From an uncultured Candidatus Saccharibacteria bacterium (GTDB lineage Bacteria > Patescibacteriota > Saccharimonadia > CAILAD01 > CAZGYV01): DNA of 55,235 bases. The translations under genes were made by a program, and so were the position numbers. Below the pieces are notes generated by a model. It had not been told where the DNA came from and ran no database searches. It saw only the letters and a list, made by a program, of their open reading frames with translations. The stretch lies in contig CAZGYV010000004.1 in the NCBI GenBank assembly GCA_964530725.1, forward strand, positions 1 to 55,235, given 5' to 3'. Within the stretch, counting starts at the first letter, position 1. Each line of letters opens with the position of its first letter. Below, piece after piece: positions 29,018 to 38,450 of this stretch.

Positions 29018-30268
29018 TTATTTTTTAATGTGTTGATTGATATTTTTAACCTCTCCGAGCTTGACACGAAATGTCTCAAAACTGCCGCCGCGGCTAATCA
29101 CTTCGACCTCCCCAGCCTCGAGCGTCTTCTTGCTGACCACGATTTGGGTCGGGATGCCAATAAGGTCCGCATCGGCGAATTTCTCGCCCGGACTAGAATC
29201 GGCACGGTCATCGAGCAAGCAATTATCCGCACCCAAGGCCTCGTAAATATCGCCAGCGGCCCGCCCGCATTCTTCGCCCGGCAGCACAACGATGTGGTAA
29301 TCAAACGGCGCCACTGCTTCGGGCCAGACAAGCCCGCGCTCGTCGCTATGGTGCTCGACGATGACACCCATCACCCGAGAAATACCAATGCCGTAGCAGC
29401 CCATGATCGGGTATTGTTTTTGCCCCCTCTCGTCCGCGTAAGTCAGCTCAAAATCCTTCGCGAATTTCTGCCCCAGATCAAACACATTGCCGACCTCGGC
29501 CGATTTGGCCTCACGCAAGTTCCCTTTGCCGCAGCGCGGACATTTCTCGCCCGGTTTGACCTTGGCGATCTCATCCTCGACGCAAAAGTCGCATTTCTGA
29601 CAATAATAAATCACGTCCTCGCCAGCCTCGGTCAAGACCTCAAACTCATACGATACTTTGTCGGAGAAATTCCCGCCCGAGGCTTCGGTGACTTTGGCCA
29701 CTAAGCCAAGTCGGGCAAATATCTCGATATAAGCCTCTTTGACCCGCTCATAATAGGCATCAAAATCAGCCTGCGTGGCGTGAAAAGAATACATATCCTT
29801 CATATAAAATTCCCGCCCGCGCATGATGCCGGATTTGGCCCGCAGCTCGTCACGGTATTTCCAGTGGATTTGATAGACGCTCATCGGCAGCTGCTTGTAG
29901 CTTTGGATGCGGTTCAGCACCAGCGGCGTCACCACCTCTTCCTCGCTTTGCCCCAGGGCGTAATCGTGCCCAGTGCGGCTCTTGATCTTGAAGAGTACGT
30001 CGATCGAGTCCCAGCCGCCGGTGATTTGCCAGATGGATTTGGGGTGAAGAGCCGGCATCAACACCTCCGAAGAGCCCAGCTCGTTCATGCTCTCACGTAC
30101 GACGTTTTCGATCCGGCGCAGCACTCGCAGACCGAGCGGCAAGTAGCTATAGACGCCGGCCATCAGCTGATCAACATAACCAGCACGGGTTAAGAGCTGG
30201 GCATTGACCGACTCGAGGTCTTTGGCAGTAGTTTTACTGGGACGCGTGAAAAGCTCGGTGAATTTCAT
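29018..30268 (-). CDS. proS: proline--tRNA ligase, short form without INS editing domain
   Basis: 416 aa. LLTRAGYV..AGVYSYLPLG, class II motif 2 (YRDELRAKSGIMRGREFYMKD), motif 3 (GCYGIGISR), a CxxC...CxxC ribbon (CQKCDF...CPRCG) and a C-terminal anticodon-binding domain. Confidence 0.88.
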   Translation of the reverse strand: MKFTELFTRPSKTTAKDLESVNAQLLTRAGYVDQLMAGVYSYLPLGLRVLRRIENVVRESMNELGSSEVLMPALHPKSIWQITGGWDSIDVLFKIKSRTGHDYALGQSEEEVVTPLVLNRIQSYKQLPMSVYQIHWKYRDELRAKSGIMRGREFYMKDMYSFHATQADFDAYYERVKEAYIEIFARLGLVAKVTEASGGNFSDKVSYEFEVLTEAGEDVIYYCQKCDFCVEDEIAKVKPGEKCPRCGKGNLREAKSAEVGNVFDLGQKFAKDFELTYADERGQKQYPIMGCYGIGISRVMGVIVEHHSDERGLVWPEAVAPFDYHIVVLPGEECGRAAGDIYEALGADNCLLDDRADSSPGEKFADADLIGIPTQIVVSKKTLEAGEVEVISRGGSFETFRVKLGEVKNINQHIKK

Positions 30269-30368
30269 AGCCCTATTATGACAGATAGGAGGGGGATTTG
30301 GCTAGGATTAGATTAGCACTCAAACGCCCGAAGAAACTCACAAGGCTGTTTTTTGATATACTTTCATA

Positions 30369-30854
30369 ATGAAGGTAAAAATTCGACTGGCCAGAGAGAA
30401 TGAGCTAAAGGCTATCCAAGATTTAAACTATCAGCTGTTCGTACACGACAAAGAGCACGACCCACTTCTTAATATGGACTGGCCATACGAGAGTGAAGGA
30501 ACGAAGTACTTCAAAAGTCGCATTAGCGAAAAAGAAGGAGTCTGTTTTGTTGCGATAGTTGATAATAAAGTAGTCGGATATTTAGCCGGTTCAGTCACAC
30601 CGTCATACCCATATAGAATTATCAAGAAGCAGACCGAGCTAGAAAACACATTGGTACTCGCTGAATATCGGAGTCAGCGAATAGGTGAACAGCTATTTGA
30701 GCAATTTATTCACTGGAGTGAAGAACAAGGAGCCGAGCGAATTAAGGTGAGTACAGCCGCTGGCAATACCCGGGCGATTAGCTTCTACCACCGAGTTGGT
30801 TTTGAAGATTATGGGCTAGAGTTAGAATATCCAATCGGTAAAAACCAGTTCTAA
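30369..30854 (+). CDS. GNAT-family N-acetyltransferase
   Basis: 161 aa. RSQRIGEQLFEQF (Q/RxxGxG/A-like) and NTRAISFYHRVGF motifs. Confidence 0.8.
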   Translation: MKVKIRLARENELKAIQDLNYQLFVHDKEHDPLLNMDWPYESEGTKYFKSRISEKEGVCFVAIVDNKVVGYLAGSVTPSYPYRIIKKQTELENTLVLAEYRSQRIGEQLFEQFIHWSEEQGAERIKVSTAAGNTRAISFYHRVGFEDYGLELEYPIGKNQF

Positions 30855-31004
30855 ATCCCACCGCTCCCCCCTGCACACCTCAATCAGCAACCTATCTTTT
30901 GAGCACCAAGTTGATGGTAGTTACCTTAAAGACTTGGCCGGCAGAATTGCCTTACATCGTCCGATGTTGCTCAATTCGGCTCGCTAAAGTGCTATGATTG
31001 ACGC

Positions 31005-31886
31005 ATGACTGGCTACTTGCTCGCTTTTATTAGTTCGCTTTTCTTTAGTATTTACGTTGCACCTCGTAAGCTATCCAAGCTGAAACCTATTGAGTTTAGC
31101 CAACTAATGGCTATTGGTTATTTTACCAGCACGGTTATTCTTTACTTATTTAAGCCTGTGTTGGGCTTCCACGAAACCCTGTCGCCCACCCTTCTATTAG
31201 CAGTGCTTGGCGGTGCAATATGGGCAGCTTCTTTTGTAACCTTTGTTAAAGCCATTGATGTACTCGGACTTTCTCGCTCCAACCAATGGAAAAATCTACA
31301 AGGTCCAGTTGCGGCAATTGGTGGCTTGATTGTACTCAATGAAGTTCAAACTACTCAACCCGTTTTTGTTTTATTAGCAGCTTTGGCAATCTTTGCTTCG
31401 GCGGCTACGCTTACAATCTCTACTAGCAAGCAAGAAGCTCGTGCCAACTTACGAGGCGTTTATATGGCTGCACTTGCTGGGCTAGGATTTGGTACGACTG
31501 CTGTTATACAAAAACATGTAACTACGAATGTCGGCGTATATTCTCAGCAGGTTGTTTTGAGCTTCTCAATTATGGCAAGCATTGCCTTGTATCTGCTTAT
31601 TACAAGACAGAAGCTGCCTCGAATTAAGCCTAGTGATAGGCAAACCCGACTAGGATTATTGGCTGGCATATTATACTTAGGAGCAAGTTTCTTTCAGCTA
31701 CAATCCTATCGGTTTCTTCCAGCGTCTATCGCTTTTACAATCATTCAACTAAATGCTGTTTGGACAATTGGAATAGGCATTCTGTACTTCAAGGAAATAC
31801 CGTTCAAAGAAAATCGCAACAGAATACTTCTTGGCTTAATACTCGCTATTGCTGGTATTCTCTTGCTCGGCTTAGCTCGCAAGTAG
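31005..31886 (+). CDS. DMT-superfamily (EamA/GRP sugar-transporter-like) permease
   Basis: 293 aa, about 10 TM helices in two similar halves. Confidence 0.65.
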   Translation: MTGYLLAFISSLFFSIYVAPRKLSKLKPIEFSQLMAIGYFTSTVILYLFKPVLGFHETLSPTLLLAVLGGAIWAASFVTFVKAIDVLGLSRSNQWKNLQGPVAAIGGLIVLNEVQTTQPVFVLLAALAIFASAATLTISTSKQEARANLRGVYMAALAGLGFGTTAVIQKHVTTNVGVYSQQVVLSFSIMASIALYLLITRQKLPRIKPSDRQTRLGLLAGILYLGASFFQLQSYRFLPASIAFTIIQLNAVWTIGIGILYFKEIPFKENRNRILLGLILAIAGILLLGLARK

Positions 31887-32039
31887 CTAGATACTATAAG
31901 CTTTTGAACAGCTGATCTAAGGTCATGCCAAGCGACTTGGCAATCTTGAATAGTGTATTACCCAAGCAGAATATTACCAAAAGCATACTAACTGGCGTAA
32001 GCAACTCGAACGATAAATTACCAGCTCAAGGCGTCAACA

Positions 32040-32280
32040 TTCGTGTGCACTACTAGGCACATCCGAGAAACGGGATAAGACGTACTAAAATGTACGTCGA
32101 ATGAGTATCGGAGGATGTAACGACGTAGGGTACATGAAGTTGGTGCCTCCAGAGATGTTAAGACCTATTTTCAAGAGTAAAGTACAAGGAAGCAGTGAGG
32201 AGCGGAATAAGTCGTAGTAGGAGCTACGATGAATGAGTACCGCAGCTGATGACTAAGTAATTTGCCTTGAAAATAGGCCG
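32040..32280 (+). ncRNA. candidate structured RNA, unclassified (duplicated hairpin module inside a long-range helix)
   Basis: Lies in the 408-nt gap between convergent genes. Module 1 (32071-32110) and module 2 (32203-32242) share CGG[G/A]ATAA-stem-loop-stem-GAATGAGTA[T/C]CG, with compensatory stem changes. A GGAGG/CCTCC plus ATGTA/TACAT helix spans 32110-32150. A 12-bp helix pairs 32164-32175 with 32266-32277. The strand call rests on one G-U pair. Confidence 0.3.
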
Positions 32281-32294
32281 AAGTCAGGCGAGGC

Positions 32295-33197
32295 TCAGGC
32301 TTTCTTAGCCCGTGACGAAGCCCCCAACTTCTCATCCCCCACCCAGATCGCCACACCAAGACCAATGATAAAGAGGTGGCCGGCTACTTCGGTCGGACCG
32401 AGCAGCAGCGCCGTTAAGCCCATCAGCCCGGCCAGCATGGCCGCCACCAGGCGCGTACCAATTCGCAGCGCCAGCAGCACGCCAAAGAGCAATTCCATCG
32501 ACCCGGCAAAAATGATAAACCATAGGTCGCTGACACCGAAAACCGCCAACAAATTCCAATGATGGGTCTGCAAAAACTTCTCAGCCAGCGCGAGATTGAA
32601 TAATTTCTCCGTAAATGCCAGCACAGCCAGGCTCAGGCCGGTCAGGAAGCACCACGCCGGCAGGGCATAAGACTGATATTTTTTCAACGGCGCCTGAGCA
32701 GATCGCAAAAGCGCGTCCAAGCTCCACGCCCCGCTTCCCACTATAATCAAAAACACCGCCGCACCGGCGTACTCGAGATGCTCAAATAGGCCAAGCGGCG
32801 GACCATACAGACCGCTAGCCGCGTAAAGCAAAAGCAGGCCGATGGCGCTATAGCGAGTCGCCAGCCCCAGCGTCAGAAGCACGCCGAGGATGAATTCAGC
32901 CGCCAGTAAGCCGGTATTATCGACCGGCAGGTTGGGCGCGAAGAGTTGCCCTTGGAGCGAGAAAATCACCAAGCTCAAGCCGATCGTGGCACCAACGACG
33001 CTGGGCACAAACGGCCGCTTGGCCGCCAGCCGCTCGGCAATCGCCAGATTCAAGCCCTTAGCCCGCTTATCGACAAGCACGAAAAATGCCGCCCCGCCCA
33101 GGACAATCGCCAGCGACACCAGCCACTGCACGCCCGTGATCGCCACCGGCGCCACACTCTCGGCGTGCTCAAACCATTTCAAATGCGCCAGATACAA
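32295..33197 (-). CDS. polytopic membrane protein, DoxX-like (tentative)
   Basis: 300 aa, about 8 TM helices, GC-rich coding. The family call is weak. Confidence 0.6.
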   Translation of the reverse strand: MYLAHLKWFEHAESVAPVAITGVQWLVSLAIVLGGAAFFVLVDKRAKGLNLAIAERLAAKRPFVPSVVGATIGLSLVIFSLQGQLFAPNLPVDNTGLLAAEFILGVLLTLGLATRYSAIGLLLLYAASGLYGPPLGLFEHLEYAGAAVFLIIVGSGAWSLDALLRSAQAPLKKYQSYALPAWCFLTGLSLAVLAFTEKLFNLALAEKFLQTHHWNLLAVFGVSDLWFIIFAGSMELLFGVLLALRIGTRLVAAMLAGLMGLTALLLGPTEVAGHLFIIGLGVAIWVGDEKLGASSRAKKA

Positions 33198-33213
33198 TTG
33201 ATTCTCGCTCCAG

Positions 33214-33699
33214 TTATTTTTTGACTAAAGTCTTGGCGTAGAATCCCGCCAAGATCGCCTGCACCAGCCCCATCAGGACATTGATCCCAGCCGTCGATGG
33301 ACTGCTCCAGCCGGCCGCGAGGTAAAAATTGATATTCAAGATCACGCCGCAAACCAGCGCCGCCACTAGCAAGCTGCGGTAAGCTGGCTCGAGCCGCTTT
33401 TGCAGCAAATAATAAGCCCCGAAGACCACCAGCGCCACGCCGATCAACACTTCGCCGACTCGCACGAGATTGGCATAAAAATCAGGATTGGCCAGCACCG
33501 TGCCGCGCAGATAGTCAGCGTAAAAGCCGTGCGGCGTTTTAGCAGCAAATGCCCCGACCGTTTTCTCAAATCCGGTCACGAATTTATCCGAGGCGAATTT
33601 GCCCCAGCCGCTCATCAGCCACTCCACCGCCACCGCCCACTGGATCAGCACCAGCCAGCCGACATTGGCCCAATTTGTTGATACTTTTTTCTTCGCCAT
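33214..33699 (-). CDS. DoxX-family membrane protein
   Basis: The ORF runs to 33729. ATG at 33697-33699 (MAKKKVSTNW) has a GAGGA Shine-Dalgarno. 4 TM helices and GWGKF..DKF strings. Confidence 0.6.
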   Translation of the reverse strand: MAKKKVSTNWANVGWLVLIQWAVAVEWLMSGWGKFASDKFVTGFEKTVGAFAAKTPHGFYADYLRGTVLANPDFYANLVRVGEVLIGVALVVFGAYYLLQKRLEPAYRSLLVAALVCGVILNINFYLAAGWSSPSTAGINVLMGLVQAILAGFYAKTLVKK

Positions 33700-33787
33700 T
33701 TTGATAAGTCCTCGCTTATTTATCGTCATCTCTATTTTAATACAAGCATAAACGTTTTAGAATAGTATTATTAATCTCGGAGCGCCA

Positions 33788-35434
33788 GTGTCAGACAAAA
33801 TTGAACAAATCAAAAGTTTTTTCCAGGGCGAAGTCCTAACCGATCAGAAGACCCGCTCGACCTACAGCCACGACACCAGCCTGTTTGAGGTCACGCCCGA
33901 GGCAGTGCTTTTCCCCAAGGACATCACCGATGTCAAAGAGCTGGTCAAATTCGTCGCCAAAAATAAAACTGACAACCCCGATCTGTCGATCACAGCTCGA
34001 TCGGGTGGCACTGACATGTCCGGCGGCGCGATCAACGACTCGCTGATCTTGGTCTTTGAGCGCCATTTCAAGCACATCGGACCTGTCCGCGGCGATCGGA
34101 TCAACGCCCAGCCGGGTGTCTATTACCGAGATTTTGAGCCGGTCACGCTGCGGCACAAAAGACTGATGCCTTCTTACCCGGCCTCGCGCGGCATTTGTGC
34201 TCTCGGCGGCATCGTGGCTAATAATTCGGGGGGCGAGAAATCCTTAGCTTATGGCAAGACGGAGAATTATGTCGCTAGTCTGAAAGTCGTGCTCGCAGAC
34301 GGCGAGGAGTACAAAGTCAAGCCGCTCAAAGGCGAGGCATTGCAGAAAAAATTAGCCCAAAAAGATTTCGAAGGTAAAATCTACCGCCAGATTTTCGACC
34401 TAGTCGATAAAAATTATGATTTGCTAAAATCCTCCAAGCCGCGAGTCAGCAAAAACTCGACCGGCTACCTGCTCTGGGATATCTACGATCGCGAAACTGG
34501 CGTCTTTGATCTGACCAAGCTTTTCATCGGCGCTCAAGGCACGCTGGGGCTTGTCACCGATATCGAATTCAAGCTGGTCGAGGCCCAGCCGCACTCCGGG
34601 CTGCTGGTCGCGTATCTACCTAATCTCGACCACCTCGGCGACATCATCAAGACGGTCGTGGCCACGAGACCAACAAGTTTTGAGACCTTCGACGATCACA
34701 CTTTCGGCCTGGCGATTCGCTTCTTCCCGACTTTCCGCAAGACGCTTGGCTGGCGCGAATTTATCAAGCTGGCGCTGTCGCTGATTCCCGACGTGTTGAT
34801 GCTGTATAAAGGCATGCCCAAGCTCATCATGCTGGTCGAATACGAGGGCAAAAACACCGCCGAGATCAAAGTCAAGCTCGACAGCTTGCGCGAAGTGCTC
34901 GAGCCCTTTGACATGGCCACCCAAGAGGCCGAGACCGAGGCCAAGAGCAAGAAATACTGGCTGATGCGTCGTGAGAGCTTTAATCTGCTGCGCAAAAATG
35001 TCAAAAACAAGCACACCGCGCCGTTCATCGACGATCTGGTGGTGCCGCCCGAGCACATGCCCGAATTCCTGCCCAAATTACGTCCGATCCTCGAAAAATA
35101 CGACCTGCTCTATACCATCGCCGGCCACATGGGCGATGGCAATTTCCACATCATCCCCTTGATGGATCTGACCAAAAAATCAGAGCGCGACAAGATCACC
35201 AAGTGCATGGAGGAAGTCGATGATCTGGTGATTTCATTCAAGGGCAGCTTGTCGGGCGAGCACAACGACGGACTGATTCGCGGGCCGTTTCTCTCGCACA
35301 TGTACCCGCCCAAAGTGATTAAATTATTCCGTGACGCCAAGCACATCCTCGATCCGCACAATATTTTCAATCCGCACAAGAAAGTCGACGCCCGCTGGGA
35401 CTGGTCGTACCGCCACATGCGCGACCATTTTTAG
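33788..35434 (+). CDS. FAD-binding (PCMH-type) oxidase, GlcD/D-lactate dehydrogenase-like
   Basis: 548 aa. GTG start. RSGGTDMSGG FAD-binding string and C-terminal GSLSGEHNDG, typical of FAD-linked oxidases. Confidence 0.75.
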   Translation: MSDKIEQIKSFFQGEVLTDQKTRSTYSHDTSLFEVTPEAVLFPKDITDVKELVKFVAKNKTDNPDLSITARSGGTDMSGGAINDSLILVFERHFKHIGPVRGDRINAQPGVYYRDFEPVTLRHKRLMPSYPASRGICALGGIVANNSGGEKSLAYGKTENYVASLKVVLADGEEYKVKPLKGEALQKKLAQKDFEGKIYRQIFDLVDKNYDLLKSSKPRVSKNSTGYLLWDIYDRETGVFDLTKLFIGAQGTLGLVTDIEFKLVEAQPHSGLLVAYLPNLDHLGDIIKTVVATRPTSFETFDDHTFGLAIRFFPTFRKTLGWREFIKLALSLIPDVLMLYKGMPKLIMLVEYEGKNTAEIKVKLDSLREVLEPFDMATQEAETEAKSKKYWLMRRESFNLLRKNVKNKHTAPFIDDLVVPPEHMPEFLPKLRPILEKYDLLYTIAGHMGDGNFHIIPLMDLTKKSERDKITKCMEEVDDLVISFKGSLSGEHNDGLIRGPFLSHMYPPKVIKLFRDAKHILDPHNIFNPHKKVDARWDWSYRHMRDHF

Positions 35435-35477
35435 AGAAAGACTTTCTAAACTCCCCTCTTCGTAATACTATTAAATT

Positions 35478-37067
35478 ATGAAGAAATGGCTGCCGGTCAT
35501 CATCCTAGCTTGTGCGCAGTTTATCATGGTGCTCGATAGCACGGTGATGAATGTCTCGATCTCGGCCGTCGTCAAAGACCTGAACACATCCGTGTCGGCT
35601 CTGCAGGCCGCCATCACTTTTTACACCCTGACGATGGCCGCGCTGATGCTAACAGGCGGCAAACTGGGCGATATCTTAGGTCGCCGCCGAGCTTTTGTGA
35701 TCGGCTCGATCATCTACGCGGTCGGCTCGTTTATCACTGCCATTAGCCCCAATATCGGCACGCTTTTTGCTGGCTGGTCGATCGTCGAAGCCCTGGGCGC
35801 TATCTTGGTCATCCCGGCCATCGCGGCTTTGGTGGCGATGAATTACACCGGTCGTGATCGAGTGGTGGCTTACGCCATAATCGGTGGCATTTCCGGCGCG
35901 GCAGCGGCCGCCGGACCTCTGATCGGCGGCGCTATGACGACGTATTTGTCGTGGCGCTACGTCTTCTTGGCCGAGACCGTCATCATGGCAATCGTGCTTT
36001 TATTCGTCAAATTGATCGCCGACAAAAGCAAGCCGTCGAGTCTTGCGATCGACTGGCCAAGCGTCGGGCTCTCAGTCGTCGGCATGACGATGCTGGTCTT
36101 TGGCCTTTTGCAAAGCAAGACTTGGGGCTGGATCACACCGATCAACACGCCGCAAATCAATGGCCGGGCGATCGCACCGCTAGGGATATCGCTGGTGGCC
36201 TATCTTCTGATCGGCGGGGCGGCGATCCTGTGGCTGTTTTACCGCCGCTGTCAAAAGCTCGAGGCGACGGGGCGTAATCCACTGCTTTCCGTCTCGATGC
36301 TCTCAATCCCCAGTCTGCGCTCGGGTGTCTCATCTCTAGCCGGCCAATACCTGATCACGGCGGCGATTTTCTTCGTCATCCCGATCTATCTGCAGATGCT
36401 GCTCGGACTCGATGCCCTTGAGACTGGCATGAAGATCTTGCCGCTGTCGATCGCTGTCATCATCGCCTCGATGGGCGGCTCGCGGCTGATCAACAAATAT
36501 TCGCCCAAGCAAGTCGTCCGGCTCGGCCAGCTCGCCCTGGTGGCGGGAGCTTTCTTGCTGATCGGCGCTATCAATCCGCAGCTTAAGGGTTTTGCATTTG
36601 GCCTTGGCATGTTCATCGTCGGCACCGGGCTGGGGCTGCTGGCATCGCAGCTCGGCAACGTCATCATGTCCTCGGTACCGGAGAAATTATCCAGTGAAGC
36701 GGGCGGCACTTCGGGAACAGCTCAGAACCTCGGCTCTTCGCTCGGCACGGCTCTCATCGGCTCGATCATGCTCGCCAGTCTAGCCGGCCAATTCGCGGCG
36801 ACCGTCAATGCCAGCCCCGACATTCCGCAAAATGTCAAAACTACCATTAGTCAAAATGCCAAAGCCAAGATCCAAATCGTGCCAATCGCGGAAGTCCCGG
36901 CCATCGCTCAAGAAGCCGGCCTTGACCTTGATCAAGCTCAAGCCGTAGCCGATGCCTATGCCACCGCCCAGGTCGGAGCCTTGAAAAAATCAATGTTTTT
37001 TATCGCCGTTTTGGCCCTACTGATGATCGGCGTGTCGCGCTTTATCCCCAATAAAAAACTCACCTAA
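35478..37067 (+). CDS. MFS transporter, DHA2 (EmrB/QacA, 14-TM) type
   Basis: 529 aa. LDSTVMNVSI.., GKLGDILGRRR motif A, about 14 TM helices. Confidence 0.8.
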   Translation: MKKWLPVIILACAQFIMVLDSTVMNVSISAVVKDLNTSVSALQAAITFYTLTMAALMLTGGKLGDILGRRRAFVIGSIIYAVGSFITAISPNIGTLFAGWSIVEALGAILVIPAIAALVAMNYTGRDRVVAYAIIGGISGAAAAAGPLIGGAMTTYLSWRYVFLAETVIMAIVLLFVKLIADKSKPSSLAIDWPSVGLSVVGMTMLVFGLLQSKTWGWITPINTPQINGRAIAPLGISLVAYLLIGGAAILWLFYRRCQKLEATGRNPLLSVSMLSIPSLRSGVSSLAGQYLITAAIFFVIPIYLQMLLGLDALETGMKILPLSIAVIIASMGGSRLINKYSPKQVVRLGQLALVAGAFLLIGAINPQLKGFAFGLGMFIVGTGLGLLASQLGNVIMSSVPEKLSSEAGGTSGTAQNLGSSLGTALIGSIMLASLAGQFAATVNASPDIPQNVKTTISQNAKAKIQIVPIAEVPAIAQEAGLDLDQAQAVADAYATAQVGALKKSMFFIAVLALLMIGVSRFIPNKKLT

Positions 37068-37098
37068 GACCTGCCAGGTAAGTTTTTTAATTTACTAA

Positions 37099-37353
37099 CT
37101 AGCCGAGTAGCTTGGCTTTTTGAGCCGCGAACTCTTCCTCGGTCAAGATGCCTTGATCGCGAAGACCGGCTAGCTTTTGCAATTGCTCGACCATGTCATC
37201 GCCGCCAGCAGCGGGCGCGGCCGGAGCGGGGGCTTGAGCTTGCTCCTCGGCCGCCCAGCGATTGGCTTGACGACGTGAGACTCGATTTGATACAGCAGTG
37301 GCGGTACCGGCTACAACAGCCGTTCGCGCCATACCTCGTAAAAGTCCTGGCAT
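37099..37353 (-). CDS. SHOCT-domain protein
   Basis: 84 aa. C-terminal LQKLAGLRDQGILTEEEFAAQKAKLL is the SHOCT signature. Confidence 0.75.
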   Translation of the reverse strand: MPGLLRGMARTAVVAGTATAVSNRVSRRQANRWAAEEQAQAPAPAAPAAGGDDMVEQLQKLAGLRDQGILTEEEFAAQKAKLLG

Positions 37354-37355
37354 GA

Positions 37356-37775
37356 TTATTCTCCTTTCTCGTTATCTAACTCAGCAGTAGCGTCGGGGTG
37401 GATCCGCCCTTCGGCCACCAGCACGCCATTGGCATCCAAGATGGCTTTTTTGAGTGGTTTCGCCCAGAGCTGCTCGACCGCCAAAAGGCCAGCCGCAGTG
37501 TTGTTTTCCAGCAGCTCCGCCATCTCATCGATGTCATCCGCGTCTACCAGATCCGAATCGCCTTTGTATTTTTTCACAAACGTGGCAGCGTACTCATCGC
37601 CCAGATCGGCAATATTTAATTTTTCGACATTGCCGTCTTTGTCTTTGACGATCGCAGCCAAGGCCACTAGGGCAATAACACCGTCATCTATCGCTCCGGC
37701 GATCGCCTTTAAGATACTGCCATCGAATTTATTGCCTTCGAAGCCAACAATAATATAATCAATCGGTCCGCGCAT
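37356..37775 (-). CDS. hypothetical protein (DUF6325-like partner of SHOCT genes, tentative)
   Basis: 139 aa, acidic. Lies 2 nt upstream of the SHOCT gene, with GAGGAGG before the ATG. Confidence 0.6.
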   Translation of the reverse strand: MRGPIDYIIVGFEGNKFDGSILKAIAGAIDDGVIALVALAAIVKDKDGNVEKLNIADLGDEYAATFVKKYKGDSDLVDADDIDEMAELLENNTAAGLLAVEQLWAKPLKKAILDANGVLVAEGRIHPDATAELDNEKGE

Positions 37776-37859
37776 AACCTGCCTCCTCTGTTATTAATAC
37801 TACCCACTTGATGTTATTATCTCACGCAACAGCCATCCGCGCGAGTTATCGTCGCTAGT

Positions 37860-38450
37860 GCCCCTCGAACGGTAACGGGGCGTTAGAACACAAGCTTTAT
37901 CGTTCGAGCATACATGAGAATCTCCCTCCCCATCACCCTTAACTCGTTTCAGTATCTACTTCTTTTCTTTCTGAAAGGCTTCGCCTTTCATGGGTTTGAC
38001 ACTTTTGATGAGCAAAAGTGTCGCAAAACTCACGACCAGGACACAAACACTGAGTAAGAATAGCTGCTTGGCAGTCTAGTTCTCACAAACTCATCCCGAT
38101 AAATCGGGATTCAAACATGTTCGAACTTTCGCTTACAGCGAACCGACTGCCAAGCAGCTATTCTCTTCCGGTTTGCTTTATGGTCGAAATAATAAATTCA
38201 ATAATGTATTTATTCCGAGCCTTGGAGTGAGATAGAAAGGCAGGAGTAGGATTGGTAGCGGTCCGCTGCAAGAGCGGACGGCGAGGACTGTTTGAAGCTC
38301 GATTTGTTAAAATCGAGCGAGTTCCGCAGCCGAACTGTCAATTCTAACTCTTGCCGCTTCTCACTCGAACGACGGCTCGAGGCTTTGGCGCCACCTTTCT
38401 AGAAAGGTGGCAAATGAATTGAAAGGCGAAGCCTTTCAAAGGAAAGCAGT
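37860..38450. ncRNA. candidate large ornate structured RNA or palindrome-rich DNA element, unclassified
   Basis: Sits in a 730-nt ORF-free gap. At least 9 perfect helices, including a 19-bp long-range stem (38058-38076/38145-38163) that forms a three-way junction. Recurring CTCGAACG octamers. Details are in the findings. Two possible G-U pairs favour the plus strand. Confidence 0.3.

Noticed and set aside
28973-29704. 243-aa plus-strand ORF, with further ORFs at 29037-29246 and 29780-30193, lying opposite proS
   Set aside because: They lie entirely antisense to a gene with clear ProRS motifs. There is no Shine-Dalgarno and the composition is low-complexity Arg/Ala/Leu-rich, typical of shadow ORFs in GC-rich coding DNA.
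31905-31945. AGCTGATCTAAGGTCATGCCAAGCG resembles the 3' half of a TPP riboswitch (CTGATCTGGATAATGCCAGCG)
   Set aside because: The 5' half (the CTGAGA element and its pairing partners) is missing, and there is no downstream plus-strand gene to regulate. It is more likely a simple 7-bp hairpin (31926-31942) after the DMT transporter gene.
32186-32195. AAGGAAGCAG resembles the SRP RNA domain IV motif (GGAAGGAAGCAGCC)
   Set aside because: There is no GNRA-capped helix 8 with the complementary 5' strand (AGG...CC) upstream, and no matching lower stem.
32005-37908. The 13-mer CTCGAACGATAAA (32005-32017) recurs inverted as TTTATCGTTCGAG (37896-37908), bracketing a 5.9-kb gene block like terminal inverted repeats
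   Set aside because: Dozens of 13-mer matches are expected by chance in a 55-kb window when both orientations are counted. The similarity does not extend beyond 13 nt. No transposase is present, and the GC-rich block continues past the right-hand copy. It is only worth revisiting if the genome-wide copy number of the motif proves high.
37921-37945. On the minus strand, GAGTTAAGGGTGATGGGGAGGGAGA resembles the RNase P GGTAAGGGTGAAAGGGTG element. GAAAGTTCG and ACAGTTCGGCTG are loosely P4-like
   Set aside because: The candidate P4 halves are in the wrong 5'-3' order for RNase P. GAGGAAAGTCC and AGATGAATG are absent. The tmRNA hallmarks (5' GGGG..., T-arm, 3' CCACCA, Ala-rich tag) are also absent on both strands.
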